Positions 1-7,913 of a DNA stretch of 64,000 bases are shown here, piece after piece; positions within the stretch are counted from its first letter, which is position 1; every line of letters begins with the position of its first letter. Under the pieces are notes generated by a model. The model was not told the origin of the DNA. It saw nothing but the letters and a program-made list of their open reading frames with translations, and did no database searches. Made by a program: the position numbers and the translations under genes. The stretch spans positions 960,001-1,024,000 of the forward strand of contig CBDFJF010000001.1 in NCBI GenBank assembly GCA_965248265.1, read 5' to 3'. This stretch comes from Candidatus Latescibacterota bacterium (GTDB lineage: Bacteria > Latescibacterota > UBA2968 > UBA8231).

Positions 1-61
1 CAACGGGGTCTGGGCGTTCATCGTTCTGGGCCCGGAACTCAAGCTGTGATGGAGGCCCAAC

Positions 62-1225
62 ATGACTGCGCCAGCACTTTTACTGCGCCACGGATGCAAT
101 CCCCACCAGAAACCCGCTGCGCTAAGCACCAGAAATGGCTCGCTTCCTCTCACCGTGCTCAATGGCGAACCCGGCTACATCAATCTGTTGGATGCCCTCA
201 ACTCGTGGCAACTGGTCCGGGAGCTCGACCTGGCAGCTACCCTGCCCTCTGCCGCCTCATTCAAGCACGTGAGTCCTTCAGGGGCTGCGGTCGGTGTCCC
301 TCTGTCCCCTGCTCTTCGGACCTCCTACCGAATTGGCAATGACGAACTCTCGCCGGTGGCTGCAGCATATGCCCGCGCCCGCGGTGCAGATCGGGTGTCA
401 TCCTACGGCGACTGGGTAGCGCTCAGCCGCACCGTAGATCGATCTGTGGCCGACGTCCTGAAGCGGGAGTTCTCTCACGGTATCATCGCGCCAGGCTACG
501 ACGACGACGCTCTGGGAGTCCTCCGGTCGAAGATGTCGGGCGGGTACAAGATCCTGCAGATCGATCCCAACTATGAACCCCCGGTCGAAGAGCGGCGTGA
601 GGTATTCGGACTCGTCTTCGAGCAGCGCCGGAACGACATCCAGTTGGATGCAAGCCTGCTCGGGAACATCGTTTGCGGTACATCCCAGCTGCCCCAGACT
701 GTCATCCGGGACATGCTTGTTGCTCTCACCGCCCTCAAGTACACTCAATCGAATTCCGTCTGCTTTGCCGCCGACGGTCAGATCATCGGCATGGGGGCTG
801 GCCAGCAGTCCCGCATACACTGCACCATGATTGCGGCTGAGAAAGCCAAGCGTTGGGCGTTACGCCAGCTCCCGGCGACCCGGGGGCTTCCTTTCCGTAA
901 AGGTTTGAAGCGTGCTGATCGCGACAATGCAGTTGATCTTTACCTGCGGGGCAATCTCACGCCTGCCGAACAGGCCATTGTGCAGAACGCTTTCTTTGAG
1001 CCGGTCGCGCTCCGTCAAGATCAACAAGCCAACGGCCTTGCTGATGTGGTGATGGCGTCCGATGGCTACCTTCCATTCAGGGACAACATTGATCAGGCAG
1101 TAACTGCGGGCGTTAGGTGGATTGTCCAGCCAGGGGGATCGAAGGCCGACGAGCCTGTGATCGAAGCATGTGAGGAATACGGGATCACAATGGTGTTTAC
1201 TGGTGTCAGACTCTTTCACCATTGA
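62..1225 (+). CDS. purH: AICAR transformylase (PurH-like, AICARFT domain only)
   Basis: Motifs LRHGCNPHQ, GEPGYINLLDALNSWQLV, SFKHVSP, KYTQSNSV, GAGQQSRIHC, SDGYLPFRDNI, TGVRLFHH; no N-terminal IMP cyclohydrolase domain. Confidence 0.9.
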   Translation: MTAPALLLRHGCNPHQKPAALSTRNGSLPLTVLNGEPGYINLLDALNSWQLVRELDLAATLPSAASFKHVSPSGAAVGVPLSPALRTSYRIGNDELSPVAAAYARARGADRVSSYGDWVALSRTVDRSVADVLKREFSHGIIAPGYDDDALGVLRSKMSGGYKILQIDPNYEPPVEERREVFGLVFEQRRNDIQLDASLLGNIVCGTSQLPQTVIRDMLVALTALKYTQSNSVCFAADGQIIGMGAGQQSRIHCTMIAAEKAKRWALRQLPATRGLPFRKGLKRADRDNAVDLYLRGNLTPAEQAIVQNAFFEPVALRQDQQANGLADVVMASDGYLPFRDNIDQAVTAGVRWIVQPGGSKADEPVIEACEEYGITMVFTGVRLFHH

Positions 1226-1262
1226 AACTGTGGGCAACCGGTTCGGGTTAGGATAGAGAGCC

Positions 1263-2071
1263 ATGAGGCCATCTGAGGAATCCAATAGAAGGCTCTGGGA
1301 TCGTCTAGTAGAACTGAATTCGAAGTCCGAGTTCTACGACGTAGAAAGCTTTCGCAGTGGCCGGTGCACTCTCAGACCGATCGAAATTGAAGAACTGGGT
1401 GACGTGACAGGTCAACGTTTGCTCCATCTCCAATGTCATTTCGGTATGGACACACTATCCTGGGCAAGGCGAGGCGCCATCGCCACAGGCGTTGTTTTTC
1501 TCACGCTGCCATACGGATGGCGCGCGAGCTCAATGCAGATCTGGGTATGGATGTTCGATTCGTGGAAGCCGATATTGCCAGCCTCCATGACATCCTCAAG
1601 GAACCATTCGACATTGTGTTTACGTCGTATGGAGTTTTGTGTTGGTTGCCCGATCTCACAGAGTGGGCTCAAACCATTGCCCACTTTCTTGAGTCAGACG
1701 GCGTGTTTCTGCTTGTTGAAGGGCATCCGCTCAACGACGTATTCATGAATGAAAGCGATACAACCCATCTGCAAGTATCCTACTCCTACTTCCACAACGA
1801 CGAACCAACACGGTGGGATGATGACGAGCCGTATGCTGATCGCAGCGAGAAGATAGGCCTGCCTTCCTTCGAATGGACCCACAGCCTGAGCGACATTCTC
1901 AATTCTCTGATTCAAGCAGGCCTCACGATTGAGCGTCTCAATGAATTCCCGTTTTCCTTCTATGACCACTATCCATTCCTCGAGAAGTGTTCCGATGGAT
2001 GGTATCGATTCAAGGACGGCAAGGAGACAATCCCGATGACGTTCTCCTTGAGGGCAAGAATGAAGCGGTAA
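1263..2071 (+). pseudogene. Class I SAM-dependent methyltransferase, frameshifted at about 1494-1499
   Basis: LLHLQCHFGMDTLSWARRGA in one frame continues as FSHAAIRMARELN...FDIVFTSYGVLCWLPDL in another; adding one A (gttgAtttttct) restores GVDFS. Confidence 0.8.
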
Positions 2072-2121
2072 CTTGGAGGACGAAGCGCTGTGGGTAAGAA
2101 GCGATCCGAGATACGGTAATC

Positions 2122-3528
2122 ATGAGAACGATATTGTTTTTCAACGATTGGAATCTCAATCGTAGAGATAATCTCGTCCGGCACGTCGGGCGCCCGAAGC
2201 TGGTGCAAGAGGCTACGTTTGTAGATCCTCACATTGATACGTCCTTTGGATACCCTACCGTCTATCGGGACCGAAGCGTGTGGCGCATCCTCTATCAGGG
2301 CGCAGTCCATCACGGCTACTACTATGAGAAATACGGGCCGGGCCATTTTCCGCTGGTTGCCGAAAGCGATGACGGAATTCGGTGGAAGGTTCCAGACCTG
2401 CCTCCTGCGGACGAGCTCCCAGAGCGCCGATTCCCCAACCACTTGGGGATTCCGGTCGAGAAGTTTGGGGAGTGGTGCCATTACGTTGACGAGAGAGCCG
2501 ACGACCCTGCGGAACGAGTGAAGGCATTCATCGTCTACAATTCCGACCCCTCGAAATCGTCGTCGGCGACCGCGCTGTGGACATCCCCCGATGGAGTGTC
2601 GTGGCGACAGAAAAACGGGGTCGTGTGGAGTTCCGGAGCGCCAGACCCTGGTATCTTCGCCTTTTGGAACGAGGCGCAAAAAAGCTATGTCATTTCGGCT
2701 CGTCCCACAGGAGGAGACCGGCGCATAGCACTGTCAGAGACGAGCGATTGGCTCGAGTTTGGTGAGCCGTACGTGATTCTGGAACCTGACTCGCTCGATA
2801 CTCCCCTTTCCGAGCTCTATGGAATGCCGGTGTTCCCGTACGAGGGGGTGTTCATCGGGCTTCTGTGGATTTTTCACACTGATCCGATGCGAACCGTCAG
2901 AGAGTTTCAGGGGGTGCCACTCGGATACGGACACATAAACGCATTCTGGGGAGGCAAGATCGACAGCCAACTGACGTTTAGTCGCGACGGCCGGCATTTT
3001 CACCGTACCCTTCGGGACCCGCTGATTCCCATCGCCGAGCCAGGCGACTTTGGCGCTGGTAGCATCATGCCGACGTCTCTTATCATCGATGACGATCAGT
3101 CCATCCGTATCTACTCGAGCTCGTCGAAGCGGGAGCATGGACTCAACCTCCCATCATGGGAAGCCGGCTCCGGTGCTCTGCTGATGCACAAACTGCGGCT
3201 CGATGGCTTCATGTACCTGGAGTCAGCCGGTGGCTCAGGCATGCTCGGCACCCGACCCATCACCTGGAACAGCGGCGAGGTTCGGCTCAACGTGCAGGCG
3301 CCCGGTGGCGAAGCCCGCGTCCAAGTCACAGATCCGGGCCGTCAACTGATCGAAGGTTATTCCTTTTCAGACTGCCTGCCCTTCTCCGGAGACGATCTGT
3401 TTTGGGAGCCTCAGTGGAAGGACGGACGCCGCATGTCTGAGCTGGCCGGGCAGAATCTCCGTCTCGAGATCAGCTTGTTCAACGCCCGTATCTATGCGAT
3501 TCGTGGCGACTTCGGTGCGCTTGCATAA
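2122..3528 (+). CDS. Putative beta-propeller glycoside-hydrolase-like protein
   Basis: Repeated AESDDGIRW / TSPDGVSW / FSRDGRHF Asp-box-like motifs and C-terminal LRLDGF...GTRP domain; related to the gene at 31877-33388. Confidence 0.65.
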   Translation: MRTILFFNDWNLNRRDNLVRHVGRPKLVQEATFVDPHIDTSFGYPTVYRDRSVWRILYQGAVHHGYYYEKYGPGHFPLVAESDDGIRWKVPDLPPADELPERRFPNHLGIPVEKFGEWCHYVDERADDPAERVKAFIVYNSDPSKSSSATALWTSPDGVSWRQKNGVVWSSGAPDPGIFAFWNEAQKSYVISARPTGGDRRIALSETSDWLEFGEPYVILEPDSLDTPLSELYGMPVFPYEGVFIGLLWIFHTDPMRTVREFQGVPLGYGHINAFWGGKIDSQLTFSRDGRHFHRTLRDPLIPIAEPGDFGAGSIMPTSLIIDDDQSIRIYSSSSKREHGLNLPSWEAGSGALLMHKLRLDGFMYLESAGGSGMLGTRPITWNSGEVRLNVQAPGGEARVQVTDPGRQLIEGYSFSDCLPFSGDDLFWEPQWKDGRRMSELAGQNLRLEISLFNARIYAIRGDFGALA

Positions 3529-3852
3529 CTCCCATTGGTACTACCGCGCCCGGTGATCACTTGTACCCGTACTTCTCTACGATATCCTCGCGAACGGTAA
3601 CACCGAGACCCGGAGCGTCGCAACGTCGCCTGTGTTGCCCTGTATCCAATGGGGGTGGTCGAGGACAAGCAATGGAACGTCCCTAAATCAGAGTCCCCGT
3701 GTTCGTTGGGCGCGCTGTGGCGGCCTTGGGATCCGATATCCGATGGGCGGTTTGCCGGGTGAAGCGACCGAAAGGGACGCGAAATTGCCCGCCCGGTGTA
3801 GTTATGCGAACGAAACGTTAAGTGAAATTGATAAACAACGGCCTCAGATCCC

Positions 3853-4566
3853 ATGATTGAACGCCCGAAAACGATTTTGCGCCGGTTCTCCTTTGCAACC
3901 CTTCTCCTCGCGGTTGCTGCCGACGGAACCGAAACGTCAGACGTGGATTCTGTGCTGACGACCTACGCGTTCCAGGTTGAGTTTTTCACCATGCGAATTC
4001 ACTACAACGAGGAGTTATCGACATTTCTGAACGAGAAGGTCAAAGGCGAGTGGTACGATATGGAGGGCTACAACACTCGTCTCATTCATACAAGGTTGTC
4101 GAAGAACGACTCGCTGACTTACGCGGTTGACTTCAATTTCGGCGCTAGCGTCGATCCAAGCTTTGAATTCTATAGGGTTGTAAAGAACGGTCACGTCAAG
4201 ATCGGACGAATTCTTGGCACACAACTTACGCTTCCCGGAGATGAGACAGTTCATGTTTCGGGCCACACTAACAGCATGTTCAACAAAAGGCGCAAGTTCG
4301 AACTGAAGAAAGGGGAGATCGTCGAGATCGCGCAGCCTTTCTACTACGTGGGAATCGAGTCCAAAACCACGGAGGGTGTTCATATATACTCAGATACTTC
4401 GAAGGCGAATTCGGTGGCGTATCTAAATGCCGGATCCCAAGTGACCGTCCTGTTAAACAAAGGGCGTCACTATCTGATTGAAACGCCTGAAGGATTGACA
4501 GGTTGGTTGGAGATCACATCGCCATGGGAAGGCCCCATCAAGGACATTCATTGGGTTGGCGATTAG
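3853..4566 (+). CDS. Secreted hypothetical protein with C-terminal SH3-like domain (cassette 1)
   Basis: N-terminal signal-like segment; C-terminal VAYLNAGSQVTVL...YLIETPEGLTGWL pattern; lower GC than flanks. Confidence 0.65.
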   Translation: MIERPKTILRRFSFATLLLAVAADGTETSDVDSVLTTYAFQVEFFTMRIHYNEELSTFLNEKVKGEWYDMEGYNTRLIHTRLSKNDSLTYAVDFNFGASVDPSFEFYRVVKNGHVKIGRILGTQLTLPGDETVHVSGHTNSMFNKRRKFELKKGEIVEIAQPFYYVGIESKTTEGVHIYSDTSKANSVAYLNAGSQVTVLLNKGRHYLIETPEGLTGWLEITSPWEGPIKDIHWVGD

Positions 4567-4591
4567 GCTACGGTGCCTGCCCGTGTGGATG

Positions 4592-4616
4592 CAACTTCAC
4601 TTAAAACCAGTTATAT
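4592..4616 (+). other. Collapsed attC remnant (R'' and R' only)
   Basis: caacttcacttaaa-acca-gttatat: R'' matching the cassette 1 start lies 4 bp from the next GTT; the hairpin is missing. Confidence 0.6.
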
Positions 4617-4658
4617 GTCATGCAGGTCATAGGTCTTTAGCTGGAGGTAAGTATGTAA

Positions 4659-5591
4659 ATGAAAATGTTCAGAACTGACTTATTGCTTGGAGTCATGATT
4701 ACGGTAGTCTCGCAGGGAGCCTGTAACGGAGAGTCGGTAAGCAAGATCGCGTTCCAGCAGTTCGCCGGTGGTCCTCTTCTCGTCATGGATGTAGATGGAA
4801 GTAACCAGAAGCAGTTAACAAGCGCAATGGGAAGGTACCCAACGTGGTCTCCAGATGGCACCAAGCTGGCGTTTGCCAAGGGGGAAGATATTTACATGAT
4901 AAGCCTTGATGGAGGAGATGAGACAAGACTGACACAAGGCCTGTTTCCCGCCTGGTCGCCAGATGGAAGGCAGATTGCCTACAGCCGGATTCGGTCAGAT
5001 TTTGTGAATGCTGATATATACGTGGCGGATATACATGGCAATAATGAGAGAAAAGTAACGGAAGGTATGTATCCTTCTTGGTCCCCGGGTGGAGATGTGA
5101 TTGCTTACAGTAAGGGTGGTTTGAGCAAGCAATGGGCAGTCGATCGTTCGACCAAGATCTATACAGTGGGTATTGATGGAAGCGATCAAAGAGAACTGAT
5201 GAACGGACTTATCCCGTCCTGGTCACCGGATGGCAGTAAGATTCTATTCATGAGAGTAGATGGCGGCCCTCTGTTTGGCGGTGAGTCAAGCGTAAGCATC
5301 TACGTGATGGATGATGATGGAAGCAATCAGGTGCGATTAGTAGAGGGTGTTGCTGCTACTGAGGCAATCTCGTTTGGTCTCACGCGGTCGGGGTCTTGGT
5401 CACCGGATGGAAGCAGAATCGTATTTGCTCAGATGGCGGCCACGGGGGCGTTCATTTGCGTCATGGATGCGGACGGGAGTAACCCAGTCAAATTAACAGA
5501 GGGGGTAAACCCTTCTTGGTCGCCCTTTATTGAAGCGACAACCGTTACTGAAGACAGGACGTGGGGTCGAATAAAATCCGACGCGCCCTAA
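4659..5591 (+). CDS. TolB-like PD40-repeat beta-propeller protein with C-terminal TWGRIK motif (cassette 2)
   Basis: Six PxWSPDG-type repeats; signal peptide; ends TTVTEDRTWGRIKSDAP. Confidence 0.85.
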   Translation: MKMFRTDLLLGVMITVVSQGACNGESVSKIAFQQFAGGPLLVMDVDGSNQKQLTSAMGRYPTWSPDGTKLAFAKGEDIYMISLDGGDETRLTQGLFPAWSPDGRQIAYSRIRSDFVNADIYVADIHGNNERKVTEGMYPSWSPGGDVIAYSKGGLSKQWAVDRSTKIYTVGIDGSDQRELMNGLIPSWSPDGSKILFMRVDGGPLFGGESSVSIYVMDDDGSNQVRLVEGVAATEAISFGLTRSGSWSPDGSRIVFAQMAATGAFICVMDADGSNPVKLTEGVNPSWSPFIEATTVTEDRTWGRIKSDAP

Positions 5592-5643
5592 TGTAGATGG
5601 ATCCTGTCTTCGCTCAAGGTTTCTGTTATTACGGAGACGGTGC

Positions 5644-6960
5644 TGCTGCAGCAACCGGGCTGATAGGTAACAGTCTAAACCGGGTTGATGGGTGACACTA
5701 TTGTTTTGATTGAATTCACTCCCGTACGATCATGTCCCTCTCGTCGACGGTGGCTAGGAGGACGGTGTTGAAGTAGATGGCCCAGACGCCGTCGTCGATC
5801 TCCTCGAGACCGATGTCGAGATGCTTGAGAGACTGAGCGATGAAGATGAGCTTGTGGCCGAGGCGTATGGTCCCGGCTCGGGTGACGTGCTTGATGACGA
5901 AGTGACCGGGGTACTCAATGGTCGGCATGCGGCCGGGATAGGGCCGGGGTGATGGGTGGTACCGGGAGCCAGGAGTCTTGCCGTTGAGGGCGTCATGGGG
6001 ACGCTCGTCGTTGTAGAGCTGTCGGAAGCGCTGGAAGGATCGCTGCTGGGCGGCCTTGTTGGCGGCGGGTGGCCGACAGGTAGCGGCCTTCAAGGTGCGA
6101 TGCATGCGTTCGTGGGCGCCATTTTCCTGCGGCGATGCCGGGCGGATCCGCTGGTGCACGATGCCGAGCCTCATCCACCAAACGTTGAGTCGGCATAGCC
6201 CATGCAATCCTCTGGAAGCAAAGGGAACGCCGTTGTCGGTGCGAATGGCCTGAGGCAGGCCGAATTCGCGGAAGGCTCTCTCGAAGACCGGACGCGCATG
6301 CAAGGTCTTGATGTCGGGCAGGGCGCGGCAGGTCAGGAGATAGCGAGTGTGCTGATCGCTGATGGTGAGAGGGAAACACCAAACTCCGTTCTTGGTAGGA
6401 AATTGGCCTTTGAAGTCGGCCGTCCACAGATCGTTGGGGTTGTCGGTGGTCGGCGGCACGGCTCCGGGGTGCTGACGTGGGCGTCGTCGTCGTCGCTTCT
6501 TCACCAGGCCTTCGCGCACCAGCAGATCGCCTGCCGTACTGACCGCCGGCCAGGAGCAGATGTGCGGATGTCGAGGCGCCAGCCAGTCCAACAGTTTGTT
6601 CGGTCCCCAATCGGGGTGCCGTGTGCGCGCTCCGAGAATGAGCTCGGCAATCTCTGGCGCCATGCGATGCGGACAGGTGTGGGGCGCGTGACTGCGGTCC
6701 TGTAACCCGGGCACCCCCTCTTCGGCGTGCCGCTGAAGCCACTTGTATCCGGTTTTGCGGCTGATCCCGTATCGCTCGCACAGCTCCGCTCTCGAGTAGT
6801 GCCCGCGCTGATCGTCGGCGATAAATCGCTTACGTTGTTCCATGGGTGCTGTCTCCATCCAGGGCATCGACCAACCTCCCAATTGGGGTTGGTCAAAAAG
6901 TAGAAGGAGTGTCACCCATCAACCCGGTCAGATGTGTTACCAATCTACCCGGTTTGTACC
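5644..6960 (-). mobile_element. IS481-family insertion sequence, copy 1 (about 1.3 kb)
   Basis: 1317 bp shared with 50160-51476 (2 differences seen); imperfect terminal IRs of about 50 bp, each with two accggg..gat.ggt.aca repeats; flanked by GTGC on both sides. Confidence 0.92.
5716..6867 (-). CDS. IS481-family DDE transposase
   Basis: MPWMET start after GGGAGG RBS; HTH (GISRKTGYKWLQR); rve core WTADFKG, IRTDNG, PQENGAHERMHRTLK, YNDERPH. Confidence 0.93.
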   Translation of the reverse strand: MPWMETAPMEQRKRFIADDQRGHYSRAELCERYGISRKTGYKWLQRHAEEGVPGLQDRSHAPHTCPHRMAPEIAELILGARTRHPDWGPNKLLDWLAPRHPHICSWPAVSTAGDLLVREGLVKKRRRRRPRQHPGAVPPTTDNPNDLWTADFKGQFPTKNGVWCFPLTISDQHTRYLLTCRALPDIKTLHARPVFERAFREFGLPQAIRTDNGVPFASRGLHGLCRLNVWWMRLGIVHQRIRPASPQENGAHERMHRTLKAATCRPPAANKAAQQRSFQRFRQLYNDERPHDALNGKTPGSRYHPSPRPYPGRMPTIEYPGHFVIKHVTRAGTIRLGHKLIFIAQSLKHLDIGLEEIDDGVWAIYFNTVLLATVDERDMIVRE

Positions 6961-6969
6961 GTGCACGAC

Positions 6970-7058
6970 ATATAACATCGCAATTCATGGCTTCGGGGCA
7001 TTCGCCCCTACGCTGCAACCCTCCGGCGGCGGGTTCATGAATTGGAGAAACGATATAT
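6970..7058 (+). other. attC site (R'' ATATAAC ... R' GATATAT)
   Basis: Imperfect inverted repeat atataac-atcg-caattcatg ... catgaattg-gagaaac-gatatat, 89 bp. Confidence 0.8.
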
Positions 7059-7115
7059 GAAATGGAACGTTGAAGAATCAGAAATAGTCGCGGCATGTTT
7101 TAGGAATAAGCAGAG

Positions 7116-7739
7116 ATGTCGCACGTATTGGTCGATCAAACCCTGTTCGGCATCCAGATGAGCAGCAAGCCCAAATGCATTATCGTCACTGGCCGGCCGG
7201 GATCCGGGAAGACGAGCCTATCCAGAATACTCGCAGATCGGCTCTGGATGCCGGTCATCAGTCGCGATGAGATGAAGGAGGGTTATGTAAACACCCATGG
7301 CGTCAAGCACGATCAGCTTCCCCCGGATACCAATGCCGTGGTTTCAGATTTCTTCTTTGAGATGGTGAATCAATACCTTGTCGGTAAGATTTCTGTCATC
7401 GTAGAGGCGGCCTTCCAGCACAAGGTCTGGGAACCAAGGATGCCTAAGATCCGTGAATTGGGCACTCCCTTCATTGTTGTATGCTCCGTTGACGGCATGG
7501 TAGCAGCAAAGCGCCATCTGCAGCGGGGACTGGATGACTCCAACCGGGAGTTCTACCATGGTGATAGGCGCGTCGCCATCTACAAGGAAACAGGTGAGAT
7601 GTCGCCTCCAGGCAGCTATGTTGCTCCGGATTTTGACGTGCCAACTGTTCAAGTCTCAACGGAAGCAGAATACTCACCTAGCATCGATGAGATAGTGAAG
7701 CGCTTCCGACTATTGGATACTCCTTCGGAGACGAAGTGA
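7116..7739 (+). CDS. AAA_33-type P-loop kinase/ATPase (cassette 3)
   Basis: Walker A GRPGSGKT, ISRDEMKE, VIVEAAF; start may be the downstream MSSKPK. Confidence 0.8.
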   Translation: MSHVLVDQTLFGIQMSSKPKCIIVTGRPGSGKTSLSRILADRLWMPVISRDEMKEGYVNTHGVKHDQLPPDTNAVVSDFFFEMVNQYLVGKISVIVEAAFQHKVWEPRMPKIRELGTPFIVVCSVDGMVAAKRHLQRGLDDSNREFYHGDRRVAIYKETGEMSPPGSYVAPDFDVPTVQVSTEAEYSPSIDEIVKRFRLLDTPSETK

Positions 7740-7755
7740 GTTGAGTTTCCACTTC

Positions 7756-7864
7756 ATATATCACAGCAATTCACGCTGCGTCGCTTCGCTCCTTGGGGCT
7801 ACGCCCACCCCGCGAGCGCGGGGTCGTGACGAGCGCGGGGTCGTGAATTGTGAAGACGTTATAG
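7756..7864 (+). other. attC site (R'' ATATATC ... R' GTTATAG) with a 17-bp internal tandem duplication
   Basis: caattcacg ... cgtgaattg stem; cgagcgcggggtcgtga at 7813-7829 and 7830-7846. Confidence 0.8.
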
Positions 7865-7913
7865 GCCATGCGCCGTTCAGGAGACTGCTATCAATCCCAA
7901 AAAAGGAGCCCGA

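Noticed and set aside
3530-3816. Integron integrase gene
   Set aside because: No tyrosine-recombinase motifs in any ORF here or elsewhere in the window.
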